Shown here: in pieces, positions 10,312-19,843 of the stretch
How positions within the stretch are numbered: position 1 is the first letter of the stretch
How the letters are laid out: every line of letters starts with the position of its first letter
Source: an uncultured Gemmatimonadales bacterium
Lineage (GTDB): Bacteria; Gemmatimonadota; Gemmatimonadetes; Longimicrobiales; RSA9
DNA length: 64,000 nucleotides
Direction of reading: 5' to 3'
NCBI GenBank assembly: GCA_963708135.1
Contig: OY970192.1
Span: 4,992,001 to 5,056,000 of the forward strand
Notes under the pieces: model-generated
The model's input: the letters and a program-made list of their open reading frames with translations, nothing else
The model's database searches: none
Told to the model about the DNA's origin: nothing
Made by a program: the position numbers and the translations under genes

Positions 10312-11368
10312 GGCCGGCCGTGGCGGCGCGGCGCCGGAGTCGCCGCCGGGCGGCGCGCGGGCCTCGGCGGCGGGCGGCGTGCGCGGGCCGGCGGGAGCGC
10401 CGGCGCTCGTGCTGCTCGGCTGCGGGGATGCGGCCCGCATGCACAGCCGGACCCTGGCCCGCGTGGCGCCGGACGCGCCGCGCTTCTACGCCAGCCGCTC
10501 ACCGCAGCGGGCGGCGGCGGCGAGCGAGCGCTGGGGCGGCGCCGGCGCGTTCGGCTCCTACGCCGAGGCGCTGGCGGACCCCCGGCCGGACGTGGCGCTG
10601 GTGCTCACGCCGCCCGCCACGCACCTGGAGCTCGCGCTGGCGGCGCTCGGGGCGGGGAAGCACGTGATCGTGGAGAAGCCGCCGTTCCTCGGGGTGGCGG
10701 AGCTCGACCGCGCGGAGGCCGCGGCGCGCCGCGCGGGGCGGCGGCTGCTCGTCGCCGAGAACTACTTCTACAAGCCGCTGGCGGAGCGGCTGCGAGCGCT
10801 GGTCGGCTCGGGCGCGCTGGGCGAGATCCGGTTCGTGCAGCTGAACGCGCTCAAGTGGCAGGGCGCGGACGGGTGGCGCCGCGATGCGGCCATGGCGGGT
10901 GGGGGCGCGCTGTTCGAGGGCGGCATCCACTGGATCGACCTGCTGGCCAACCTGGGGCTGACGGTGGCGAGGATCCGGGGGGTGCGCGCGGGGCCGCCGG
11001 ACGGGCCGGCGCGGAGCGCGCTGGTCGTGGCGGACTACGAGGAGGGGGCGGTCGGCACGCTGCTCTACTCCTGGGAGATGCGCTCGCCGCTGCGGGGGCT
11101 CCGGCTCTCGCGCATCTACGGCACGGAGGGCGCCGCCGCCTTCGAGTCGAACGGCCTCGTGCTCGCCACCTCCGGCCGACGCCGCGCCCTGCGCTTCCCC
11201 GGGCTCCGCGACATTGCCGGCTACCGCGCGATGTTCACCGACTTCCTCCGCGCGCTGGCCGGCGGCCCGCCCGCCCGCTATACGAGCGCCCTGGCCCGGC
11301 GGGACCTCGAGCTCACCGAGCAGGCGGAGCGCGGGCTGGCCCAGGCGCTCGCCACGCCCGGACGGTAG
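10298..11368 (+). CDS. Gfo/Idh/MocA-family oxidoreductase
   Basis: GKHVIVEKP motif, TPPATH, GGGALFEGGIHWID. Confidence 0.9.
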   Translation: MSVSEAGRGGAAPESPPGGARASAAGGVRGPAGAPALVLLGCGDAARMHSRTLARVAPDAPRFYASRSPQRAAAASERWGGAGAFGSYAEALADPRPDVALVLTPPATHLELALAALGAGKHVIVEKPPFLGVAELDRAEAAARRAGRRLLVAENYFYKPLAERLRALVGSGALGEIRFVQLNALKWQGADGWRRDAAMAGGGALFEGGIHWIDLLANLGLTVARIRGVRAGPPDGPARSALVVADYEEGAVGTLLYSWEMRSPLRGLRLSRIYGTEGAAAFESNGLVLATSGRRRALRFPGLRDIAGYRAMFTDFLRALAGGPPARYTSALARRDLELTEQAERGLAQALATPGR

Positions 11369-11459
11369 CGCGCGGGCACCGGCCGGGTCCGCACGGGGCG
11401 GGCCGGCCCCTCCGGGCCCGCAGCATCGCTCGTGCTCGGGCCACGTGCCGATGGCCGCC

Positions 11460-12359
11460 TCAGCCGCATCCGTCCAGCGCCGCCCGGAACGCCGCGATGT
11501 GCGCGGGACCGGTGCCGCAACAGCCGCCGATGATGGCGGCGCCGGCCTCTCGCAGGGCGCCGAGGCCCGCGGCCATCTCCCGTGGACCGGCGTCATAGGC
11601 CGCGATGCCGTCCACCAGCCGCGGGGTCCCGGCGTTCGGCTGGACCATCACCGGGACGCCGGGCGCCGCCGCGCGGTAGCGCCGCACCACCTCGGCGTGC
11701 CCCGCCAGCTCGAGGCCCGCGCCGCAGTTCACGCCCAGCACATCGGCGCCCGCGGTGAGCAGGGCGCGGGCGGCCGCCTCGGGCGCGACTCCCATCATCG
11801 TGCGCGGGCCGACCCTCGTGGCGTCGAAGGCCATGGAGGCGACGATGGCGGGCGCGCCCGCCTCGCGCGCGGCCCGCACCGCGAGCAGCGCCTCGTCCAG
11901 CGCGGACATGGTCTCGATGATGATGCCGTCCACGCCCGCCTCGACCAGCGCCCGCGCCTGCTCGAGGAAGGCGGCCAGCGCCTCCTCGGGCGCGTCCTCG
12001 CCCACCGGCGCGAGCACGCCGCCGAACGGGCCGATGTCGCCGAGCACGAGCGCGCGCTCACCGGCGGCTCGCCTCGCGAGCGCGACCGCCGCGCGGTTCA
12101 GCTCCGCGACACGGCCGGCGGCGCCGTGGCGCTCCAGGCGCGGCCGGCTCGCCCCGAACGTGTTCGTCAGCAGCAGCTCGGCTCCCGCCTCGACGTAGCG
12201 CCGGTGCACCGCCTCGACCAGCTCGGGGTGCTCCACGCACCACGGCTCGCCGGGCGCGCCGGCGGCGAGGCCGGCGGCCTGGAGCTCGGTGCCGAGCGCG
12301 CCGTCGGCGAGGAGCGGGCCCCGCCGCTCCACGATGCGGGCCAGCAGCCCGTCCCTCAC
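11460..12359 (-). CDS. Homocysteine S-methyltransferase family protein (stand-alone MetH Hcy-binding domain)
   Basis: LLADGALGTEL, TNTFGAS, IIIETM, GVNCG, QPNAG, IIGGCCGTGPAHI (Zn ligands); GTG start overlaps the upstream stop. Confidence 0.9.
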   Translation of the reverse strand: MRDGLLARIVERRGPLLADGALGTELQAAGLAAGAPGEPWCVEHPELVEAVHRRYVEAGAELLLTNTFGASRPRLERHGAAGRVAELNRAAVALARRAAGERALVLGDIGPFGGVLAPVGEDAPEEALAAFLEQARALVEAGVDGIIIETMSALDEALLAVRAAREAGAPAIVASMAFDATRVGPRTMMGVAPEAAARALLTAGADVLGVNCGAGLELAGHAEVVRRYRAAAPGVPVMVQPNAGTPRLVDGIAAYDAGPREMAAGLGALREAGAAIIGGCCGTGPAHIAAFRAALDGCG

Positions 12360-13546
12360 CCGAGCGCCTCCGGGTACGGCCCGAGGTCCGCCGCGGCGCG
12401 GATCTGCAGGATGTTCTCGGGCGGGGTGTGCGGCGAGACGGAGCATGCGGTGGAGAGGATGTAGCCGCCGCCGGGTCCGGCGGCGGCAACGCGTCGCCTG
12501 GCATCGGCCAGCACGGCGGCCGGCGCGCCGTGGAGCACCGTGTTCACGGGATCGACGTTGCCCTTGATGAAGAGCCGGTCGCCGACGCGACGCCTGGCCT
12601 CGGCGAGCCGGACATCGCCGAGCGGCGGCGGGTCGAGCGCGTCGATCCCGTCCGTCCCCGTCGCCTCCATCAGGTCCAGCCGGTCGCTGATACGGCCGCA
12701 CGTGTGGGTGTAGACGGGCACGTCAGGGAAGCCGGCGTGGAACGCCTCGATGGCGCGCCGCTCGAAGGGGAGCACGAACTCCACGTAGTGTGCGCGCGAG
12801 ATGAAGCCGGCTCCCGCGAAGGCGCTCGAGATGAGGATGGCGTCCGCGCCGGCGCGGGCGTGCCCGGTCATGAGCTCGATCGTGCCGTCGGTGAGCGCCT
12901 CCAGGCACGCTCCCACCTTGCCCGGATCATCGAGCAGCGCCATGAGCGCGGGCGCGTAGTCGAGGAGCTCGAGCAGCTGGGTGAACGGCGAGAACACCTC
13001 GGCGTGCACGCTCACGTCGGGCGCCGCCTTGCGGACGAGCCGCAGGGTGTCCCAGTGCCACGGCGGGAAGAAATCGTCCAGAGGCGCCGGTTCCGTGCCA
13101 AAGCCCCAGGCCGTGGGGTAGCTCGGCCCCGCGATGTCGTGCGGCTCCACGTAGCGGAGCCGCTCCGGGTCGAGCTCCTCGAACGCGGGATGCGGCCGGG
13201 TGACGCGGTCGGTCGCGTAGACGTGCGGATTGTCGTCCGGCGGCACGACGGTCACGCGGCCGTCCCGCCACACGACGTGGCGGTCGGCGCCCACGGCCTC
13301 GACCCGCACGACCTGGCGCCGCCACTCGGGGTCGCGGCCTGGCAGGTTCACCAGGATGCCGTCGAAGCCGTAGCGGTGGCGCAGCCGGACGAGCGCGCTC
13401 GCGAACGCCTCGCTGTCGTGCCAGACGTCGAGCGGGTCCAGCCCCGCGTTCAGGAAGTAGTGCCCGAGCGAGAGCTGGCACATCACGGGCGGGCGGCTCG
13501 TGACGCGGTGGCGCATGGCCGCGGCCATCCTGTCGCGGGAGGTCAT
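12356..13546 (-). CDS. Uroporphyrinogen decarboxylase-like (MtaA/CmuA-type) corrinoid methyltransferase
   Basis: MTSRDRM start, EVFSPFT, YTHTCG (HxC Zn motif), IKGNVDPV, GYILSTACS. Confidence 0.85.
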   Translation of the reverse strand: MTSRDRMAAAMRHRVTSRPPVMCQLSLGHYFLNAGLDPLDVWHDSEAFASALVRLRHRYGFDGILVNLPGRDPEWRRQVVRVEAVGADRHVVWRDGRVTVVPPDDNPHVYATDRVTRPHPAFEELDPERLRYVEPHDIAGPSYPTAWGFGTEPAPLDDFFPPWHWDTLRLVRKAAPDVSVHAEVFSPFTQLLELLDYAPALMALLDDPGKVGACLEALTDGTIELMTGHARAGADAILISSAFAGAGFISRAHYVEFVLPFERRAIEAFHAGFPDVPVYTHTCGRISDRLDLMEATGTDGIDALDPPPLGDVRLAEARRRVGDRLFIKGNVDPVNTVLHGAPAAVLADARRRVAAAGPGGGYILSTACSVSPHTPPENILQIRAAADLGPYPEALG

Positions 13547-13782
13547 GGCGCGCTCGCGGCGGCCCGCCGCGGGTCGAGCGGACCGCCCGCGCAGCGGCTC
13601 GGCTGCCCCGGCGCACGCAGCCGGTTGGCGCAGGGCCCGCGGTGCGTGCAACGGTCCTCGCGGTCGCGGTAGGGGCAGCGCACGAGCGACTGCGCGTCCA
13701 CCGCCTCGCCGAGGCCGCCGAGCAGGGTCACGAGAGCCGCGCGGGCGGCGCGGAGCCGGATGGCCTCGCCTGTGGCGGCCAT
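13543..13782 (-). CDS. Small 79-aa four-cysteine protein in the corrinoid operon
   Basis: MAATGEAIRL...RCPYRDREDRCTHRGPCANRLRAPGQPSRC...; ATG overlaps the upstream TGA and its TGA overlaps the downstream ATG. Confidence 0.7.
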   Translation of the reverse strand: MAATGEAIRLRAARAALVTLLGGLGEAVDAQSLVRCPYRDREDRCTHRGPCANRLRAPGQPSRCAGGPLDPRRAAASAP

Positions 13783-15464
13783 CAGGAGGCCACCGCGCGG
13801 CGGGGCTCGGGCAACGGAGCGGGAAAGTCGAGCGCGGCCAGGAACGCGGCCTCGTAAGCGGGCAGCCCGGCGAGCTCCACGCCGGTCGCGGTGGATGCCA
13901 CGCGCTCGATGCGGGCGCGCGCGCCCCGGTCCACGAGGGCCATGCGTGCCCCGGCCCCGGCGGCGTTGCCGACGAAGCGAACCCGCTCGGGGTCCACGGG
14001 TGGAAGCAGCCCGATCGCCTGCGCGCTCTCCTTGCGCAGGTAGTTGCCGAAGGCGCCGGCGAGGAGCACCGCATCGAGGTCGTCCGCGGCGATCCCGGCG
14101 CTTTCGATTAGCAGCGCGATGCCGGCGGCGATGCTGCCCTTGGCGAGCTGGAGCTGCCGCACGTCGCGCGCGGTCAGCAGGACCTCGCCGCCGGGCGTGC
14201 CCGCGAGCACGAACGCGCGCCCGAGCCTCTCCTGCTCGACCACCCGCGCGGCCAGCAGCGGAGGCACGATGCCGTCGAGCTCGGCGGCGCCGCGCATCCG
14301 CCCGCTCGGCTCGAGCACCCCGGCGGCGAGCAGCTCCGCCACGGCATCGACCAGCCCGGAGCCGCACACGCCGCGCGGCTCGCCGCCGCCCGCGACGCGC
14401 ACCCAGACGCGGCCGCAGCCGCGGATGCGCACCTGCTCGATGGCGCCGGCGGCCGCGCGCATGCCGTGGTGGACGGTCGCGCCCTCGAAGGCCGGCCCGG
14501 CCGCCGTGGAGGCGCACAGCACCCGGCCGCCACAGGCCAGCGCGGCCTCCGAGTTCGTGCCCAGGTCCACCAGCAGCGTCGGCCGCTCGGCGCGGTCCAG
14601 CCCCGTGGCCACGATGGCCGCCACCATGTCCGCGCCGACGTGCCCGCGCAGCGCCGGCACCAGGTACGCCGGGGTGGAGGGTGGCAGCTGCAGGTCGAGG
14701 TCGCGGGCCGTGCCCCGCCACGGGCCCAGGATCGTGCCGGCGAACGGCGCGTGCCCGAGCGGCGTCACGTCCGCGTCGAGCAGCGTGTGCAGCATGGTCG
14801 GGTTGCCCACGAACGCGCAGGCGACGACGGCGTCGCGCGCGACCCCGGCCCCATCCGCGCAGCGCGCGATCAGCGCGTCCAGCGCGCCCACCAGCGCGGC
14901 GTGCAACTGGGCCGTGCCGCCCGTGTGCTCCTGCGCCCAGGCGATGCGGCTGACCACGTCGGCGCCGTAGCGCACCTGCGGGTTGAGCGAGGAGGCCGTC
15001 GCCGCGACCCGCCCCGTGGCCATCTCCACGAGCGCCACGGCCAGCGTGGTGGAGCCCACGTCCACGGCCACGCCGTACATCCCGCGGCCGCGCTCCAGCG
15101 GCTCGAAGCCGTGCGCGAACAGGTCCTCGTCGCCGAAGGCCTTGTGCGCGAGGGCGCGCGCCGCGGTCGGGACCTGGATGGCCGCGTCGCCTTCCAGAGT
15201 GAGCGTGCAGCCGAGCCGCCAGCCATCCGCCGCCGCGGCCCCGCCCAGTACCCGCACGTCCGCCTCGCCCGCGGCCGAGGCGCCCTTCAGCACGCGTACG
15301 CGGCAGCGGCCGCACGAGGCGCGCGCGCCGCACGCCCGCTCGACCAGGATCCCGGCCGCCGCCGCCGCGACCAGCAGCTCGACCGGCGCCTCGCCGCGCC
15401 AGCGGACGTCGTCGGGGACGAAGCGGATGGTCGCGCTCACCGGGGCCGCTCCTGCGTCAGGCAC
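13782..15464 (-). CDS. ASKHA-domain reductive activator of corrinoid proteins (RACE/RamA-like) with N-terminal 2Fe-2S domain
   Basis: ACGARASCGRC...RLGC ferredoxin motif; AVDVGSTT, NPQVRYGADVVSRI, VDLGTNSE, STAAGPAFEG, GVCGSG, AGAFG; alternative start GTG 15440. Confidence 0.92.
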   Translation of the reverse strand: MPDAGAAPVSATIRFVPDDVRWRGEAPVELLVAAAAAGILVERACGARASCGRCRVRVLKGASAAGEADVRVLGGAAAADGWRLGCTLTLEGDAAIQVPTAARALAHKAFGDEDLFAHGFEPLERGRGMYGVAVDVGSTTLAVALVEMATGRVAATASSLNPQVRYGADVVSRIAWAQEHTGGTAQLHAALVGALDALIARCADGAGVARDAVVACAFVGNPTMLHTLLDADVTPLGHAPFAGTILGPWRGTARDLDLQLPPSTPAYLVPALRGHVGADMVAAIVATGLDRAERPTLLVDLGTNSEAALACGGRVLCASTAAGPAFEGATVHHGMRAAAGAIEQVRIRGCGRVWVRVAGGGEPRGVCGSGLVDAVAELLAAGVLEPSGRMRGAAELDGIVPPLLAARVVEQERLGRAFVLAGTPGGEVLLTARDVRQLQLAKGSIAAGIALLIESAGIAADDLDAVLLAGAFGNYLRKESAQAIGLLPPVDPERVRFVGNAAGAGARMALVDRGARARIERVASTATGVELAGLPAYEAAFLAALDFPAPLPEPRRAVAS

Positions 15465-16101
15465 GGACCGACGAGGCGCCGGTCAGGCGCAGTGCCTCGT
15501 CCACGGCATCCGCCGCGTTCGCGGCCCAGCCGTGCGCACCGATGCTCGAGGCGTACTCCCGCGAGACCGGCGCACCGCCGACCATCACCCGCACCTCGGG
15601 CAGAGCCTGCCGCAGCGCCGCGATCGTCTCCGGCATCCGCGACATGGTCGTGGTCAGCAGCGCGCTCAGGCCGACCAGCTGCGCGCCGTGCGCGGCCGCC
15701 GCCTCCACGAACGCCTGCGACGCCACGTCCACGCCCGCGTCCACCACGCGGAATCCCGCGCCCCGAAGCATCATTGCCACCAGGTTCTTGCCGATGTCGT
15801 GGATGTCGCCCTTCACCGTGCCGAGCACGACCGTGCCCACCGGCGGGATGCCCGCCGCCGCGAAGATCGGCTCCAGGTGCGCCAGCCCCGCCTTCATCGC
15901 CCGCGCCGCCACCAGCACCTCGGGCACGAAGATCTCGTTGTCCCGGAACCGCCGCCCGACCACCGCCATCCCGGGGATCAGCCCGTCCTCCAGGATCCGG
16001 CGGGCGTCCACGCCGGCATCGAGCACCTCCGCGACCAGCGCTCCGACCGCCGCCGCGTGGCCCTCCGCGAGATGCATCGCGATGCGCTCCAGCTCGGTCA
16101 T
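15457..16101 (-). CDS. Corrinoid (cobalamin-binding) methyltransferase partner protein
   Basis: Cap domain GLIPGM...EIFVPEVL and B12 motif GTVKGDIHDIGKNLV...GLSALLTTTM...VGGAP. Confidence 0.95.
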   Translation of the reverse strand: MTELERIAMHLAEGHAAAVGALVAEVLDAGVDARRILEDGLIPGMAVVGRRFRDNEIFVPEVLVAARAMKAGLAHLEPIFAAAGIPPVGTVVLGTVKGDIHDIGKNLVAMMLRGAGFRVVDAGVDVASQAFVEAAAAHGAQLVGLSALLTTTMSRMPETIAALRQALPEVRVMVGGAPVSREYASSIGAHGWAANAADAVDEALRLTGASSVRA

Positions 16102-16354
16102 GGAGTGCCGTAGGGTCGGGAGAGAGGAAATGGCGGACGGCGGGCGCGTAAGAGGAGGGACACGCGCCGCCGCCGCCGGACTGCATACCCAACCTACGCT
16201 CCGCGCCGCCGCGCGCGTGTCGGGAGAATCCCGATCCCGTGTGGGAGATGCTTTGCTGAGAAACGGCGCCCAGGGCGGGTGGGGGTGCGGGGGGCGGGGG
16301 GGCATCCCCCCCCGCGGTTGCTCTTGCAGCTAGCCCGGGGAGGCCGGAACGCCG

Positions 16355-16879
16355 TCAGCTCTTTTCGTACGTCCCGATCAGCTGCCCGCGGGCGAGGATC
16401 TTGCCCTTCATCGCCTGCTCGACCTGCTCCGCGTTGGCGCCGTCGGGGAGCTGGAGCATGTCCTTCAGGGCGTAGAGCGTGAACAGGTAGTGGTGGTTGC
16501 CGCTCGGCGGGCAGGGGCCGCGGTAGCCGGCCTTTCCGAAGCCGTTCGTGCCCTGCGTGCCGCCTTCGGGCGAGCCCTGCTCGGCGCTCCCGGTGACGGC
16601 GGGCGGGATGTTGTAGACCACCCAGTGGGCGAAGCCCTTCGCATCCCGGTCGGTCACCAGCAGGGCGAGGCTCTTCGTGCCCTGGGGCAGGTTCGACCAG
16701 GAGAGCGCCGGCGAGTCGTTCTCGGCCTGGCAGGTATAGGTGGCCGGGATCGCGCCGCCGGAGGAGAATGCTGTGCTGGCCATGCGGATGCTGAGGGGCG
16801 CCTGACCTCCGGCGCCGCATCCCGCGGACGCGAGGATCACGAGACCGACGGTGATCCGTCCGAGCAGCTTCGGGCGCAT
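16355..16879 (-). CDS. YbhB/YbcL (PEBP) family lipoprotein
   Basis: Lipobox SAGC; SPALSW, TDRDA, HWVVYNIP, YRGPCPP, HHYLFTLYAL. Confidence 0.9.
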   Translation of the reverse strand: MRPKLLGRITVGLVILASAGCGAGGQAPLSIRMASTAFSSGGAIPATYTCQAENDSPALSWSNLPQGTKSLALLVTDRDAKGFAHWVVYNIPPAVTGSAEQGSPEGGTQGTNGFGKAGYRGPCPPSGNHHYLFTLYALKDMLQLPDGANAEQVEQAMKGKILARGQLIGTYEKS

Positions 16880-16978
16880 GCGTCACCTCCGAGACGGGCT
16901 TGTTGTGCGTTGGCGCGGGCGCCGCGCGGAACGCCCACCGCCGCCAACCTACGCACGCCCCGCCGCGCTCCGCAAATC

Positions 16979-17899
16979 TCAGCCGGTCGCGAGCTCGGCC
17001 ACCTCCGCTCGCTCCTCCTCGCTCAGGCGCCATGCCGCGGCCTCGGCGTTCGAGCGCACCTGCGCCGGCTTCGTGGCCCCCGCGATCACCGAGGCGACGC
17101 TCCCGTGCGCCAGCAGCCACCCGACCGCGAGCTCCAGCAGCGTGTGGCCGCGCGCCTCCGCGAACTCGCGGAGCCGCTCGACCGCGTCCAGGTTCGACTC
17201 CGTCAGGAAGCGCTCGCCCAGCCGCGGCGTCGTCGCCAGCCTCGTCCCCTCCGGCGCCGGCCGGCCGCGCCGGTACTTCCCCGTCAGCACGCCGCTCGCC
17301 AGCGGGAAGTAGGGCAGGAACGCCAGCCCCAGCCGCTCGCACTCCTGGAGCACGCCCTCCTCCGGCGCGCGGTGCAGCAGGCTGTACTCGCTCTGCACGC
17401 TCACGAAGCGAGCCCCCGTGCCCGCAGCCGCCTCGGCCTCGCGCAGCCCTTCCGGCGTGAAGTTCGAGCAGCCGATCTCGCGCACCTTCCCCTCCCGCAC
17501 CAGCGCGTCGAGCGCCCCCAGCGTGTCGGCGATCGGCGTCTCGGGATCCGGCCTGTGCAGCTGGTACAGGTCGATCCGGTCCGTCCCCAGGCGACGCAGG
17601 CTGGCCTCCACCGCCCGGCGCACGTACGCGGGCCGGGCGCCCTTCCGATCCGGGCCCATCTCCGACCCGAACTTCGTCGCCAGCACCACACGCTCCCGGC
17701 GCCCCTCGAGCGCCCGCCCGAGGAACCGCTCGCTGTCCCCGCCGCCATAGGTGTCCGCCGTGTCGAAGAAGTCGACGCCAGCGTCCAGCGCCGCGTCCAC
17801 CACCGCCCGCGTCCCCTCGTAGTCCAGTCGCCCCCCGAAGTTGTTGCACCCCAGCCCGACCACCGAGACCGAGAGGGAGCCGATCGTTCGTCTGTCCAT
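16979..17899 (-). CDS. Aldo/keto reductase
   Basis: VGLGCNNFG, FDTADTYG, LATKFG, DLYQLHRPD, YFPLASGVLTGKY. Confidence 0.93.
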   Translation of the reverse strand: MDRRTIGSLSVSVVGLGCNNFGGRLDYEGTRAVVDAALDAGVDFFDTADTYGGGDSERFLGRALEGRRERVVLATKFGSEMGPDRKGARPAYVRRAVEASLRRLGTDRIDLYQLHRPDPETPIADTLGALDALVREGKVREIGCSNFTPEGLREAEAAAGTGARFVSVQSEYSLLHRAPEEGVLQECERLGLAFLPYFPLASGVLTGKYRRGRPAPEGTRLATTPRLGERFLTESNLDAVERLREFAEARGHTLLELAVGWLLAHGSVASVIAGATKPAQVRSNAEAAAWRLSEEERAEVAELATG

Positions 17900-18181
17900 C
17901 CGCCTCTGACCCTCCATTGCAGCGAAGAAGCGCCCGGCGCGGGCCCGTCCCGATTCACCGCGGCGACGCGTCGCGCCAGCGGGAACCTTGCCCCGCAACG
18001 TCCGATCCAGGATCCGGGGACGGTTGACCCCGCCTCCGATCCGACTGCCGGCGGGCCTCTCTCTCACAGAGGGCGCGATGCCGAACGTGCCGGCGGGCTT
18101 CTCTCTCGCAGAGGCGCGGAGGTCCGCGGAGTCGCGGAGAATTCTCCTCGGACGGCGCTCGCCGGCCGAATCCTCCCGTTC

Positions 18182-19666
18182 CTACCGCCCCGGCAGCGGC
18201 CACGCGACCGGGCTCTCCTCCCCCGTCCGCGACACTGCGGCGACGCCGAAGAAGTAGTTGTCGACGGGGATGTCCTCGAGCACGAACCGGTCCGCCTTCC
18301 CCGCCCACCGCCAGTGATCCCACGTCGGCGAGGTGGTCTCGCGCCAGTAGACCTTGTAGCCGGCCAGGTCGGGGTCGCTTCCGAGCTTCCACGTCAGCGT
18401 CGTGGATGGCCGCACCGCCCCGGCCACGTGCGCGCTGTCGGGCGGCGCGGGCGCCCAGGCCAGCGCAGCGAGCGACGCCACGTTCAGCGCCGTGACCTTC
18501 GCGAGGTACGGGAAGTCCACGCCGGAGAGCACGTCGCCGTAGGCGATGCCGTTCTCGGTCCGGATATCCTGGTGCTGCCTCGTGTAGTTCTCGTTCGGCT
18601 CCGTGAAGCGCACGGCCGCGAAGCCGTCGTTGTTGAAGGCGCTGTGGTCGCCGCCGCGGCCGAAGCGGTCGAGCCGGTAGATCATGGTGACGTCGAGGTT
18701 GGTGAGGTACGCGTCGGCGACGCCATCGACGTAGCGCGCCACCTCCCGCGACGGGCTGTCCACCTCGCCTCCGAAGACCCGCATCCGGCGGAGCTCCTGG
18801 AGCGTGGTGTTCGCCGCCGGGCTCTCCGAGAAGACGCGCACGTGCGTGTTGTCCACCACGTCGTCCTGGCCGTGGATGTTGCCGATGATGTCGTTGTTCA
18901 GCACCGCCTCGAGCTGCCACCCCGCCTCCTTCGCGCGCTCCGACATCAGCTGCCCGCCGTACAGCCCCTGCTCCTCCCCAGCCAGCGCGCCGAACGCGAT
19001 CGAGGCGGGGAAGCGCTGGTGCGAGAGCACCCGCGCCGCCTCGACGACCGCCATGGCGCCGCTGCCGTCGTCGTTCGCGCCCGGCGCGTCCGACGTGTCG
19101 TTCATGACGTCCGTCACGCGCGAGTCGTAGTGGCCCGTGATGGCGACGTAGCGGTTCGGGTCCGTCGTGCCCTTCAGCACCGCGACCACGTTCACCACGT
19201 TCACCCCCTGCGGCGAGCGCCGGCCGGTGAACACCTTCTGCTCGTAGGTCACCTCGAGACAGCCGCCGCACGCCTTCGAGACGCTGTCGAGCTGCGCCTT
19301 GATCCAGTGCCTTGCCGCCCCGATCCCGCGCGTCGGGGAGGTGGTGTCGGAGAGCGTGTTGCGGGTGCCGAACGCGACGAGCCGCCGCAGGCTCGCCTCC
19401 AGCCGCGCCTCGCTGACGTCGTCCGCGAAGGCGCGGATGCGCGGGTCACGGGCGGGCGGGAGGGTCGCCGCCGGCGGCCCCGACGCCGCGGCGGCCGCTC
19501 CGGCCCCTCGTTTCGGCGCAGGCGACTGCGCCGCCAGCGGCGCGGCGAGGCAGACGAGCAGCGCGCCCGGAAGGGCGCGTGCGGCGAGGGAACGTGCGGC
19601 GCGGGCACGTGCGCCGTGCGCGATGCGGACACCATGGGCGAGGCGGGGGTGGCGGTACCCGGGCAC
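18182..19666 (-). CDS. Secreted M28-family metallopeptidase
   Basis: GHYDSR, APGANDDGSG, GEEQGL, NNDIIG, GGDH; GGAGG RBS before GTG 19666. Confidence 0.9.
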   Translation of the reverse strand: MPGYRHPRLAHGVRIAHGARARAARSLAARALPGALLVCLAAPLAAQSPAPKRGAGAAAAASGPPAATLPPARDPRIRAFADDVSEARLEASLRRLVAFGTRNTLSDTTSPTRGIGAARHWIKAQLDSVSKACGGCLEVTYEQKVFTGRRSPQGVNVVNVVAVLKGTTDPNRYVAITGHYDSRVTDVMNDTSDAPGANDDGSGAMAVVEAARVLSHQRFPASIAFGALAGEEQGLYGGQLMSERAKEAGWQLEAVLNNDIIGNIHGQDDVVDNTHVRVFSESPAANTTLQELRRMRVFGGEVDSPSREVARYVDGVADAYLTNLDVTMIYRLDRFGRGGDHSAFNNDGFAAVRFTEPNENYTRQHQDIRTENGIAYGDVLSGVDFPYLAKVTALNVASLAALAWAPAPPDSAHVAGAVRPSTTLTWKLGSDPDLAGYKVYWRETTSPTWDHWRWAGKADRFVLEDIPVDNYFFGVAAVSRTGEESPVAWPLPGR

Positions 19667-19843
19667 GAGGTCCTCCGGTGGCCTGTGGGTGATGGGATTT
19701 CGCGAAAGGCTACGGCCGAAAGGGGGGGAGGTCAATCGGAGACCCCGCCTTGCTCAGGCGCCGGGTCGCGACGCCATGGCTCCAGGCGGCGGCACGGCGT
19801 CTGCGCGATCTCCTCCGGCCGTGCACCAGCCGGGAGGAGACCG

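Noticed and set aside
16102..16350. Cobalamin or SAM riboswitch upstream of the corrinoid operon
   Set aside because: I could not find the B12-box or SAM-I core motifs by eye; an Rfam scan would be decisive
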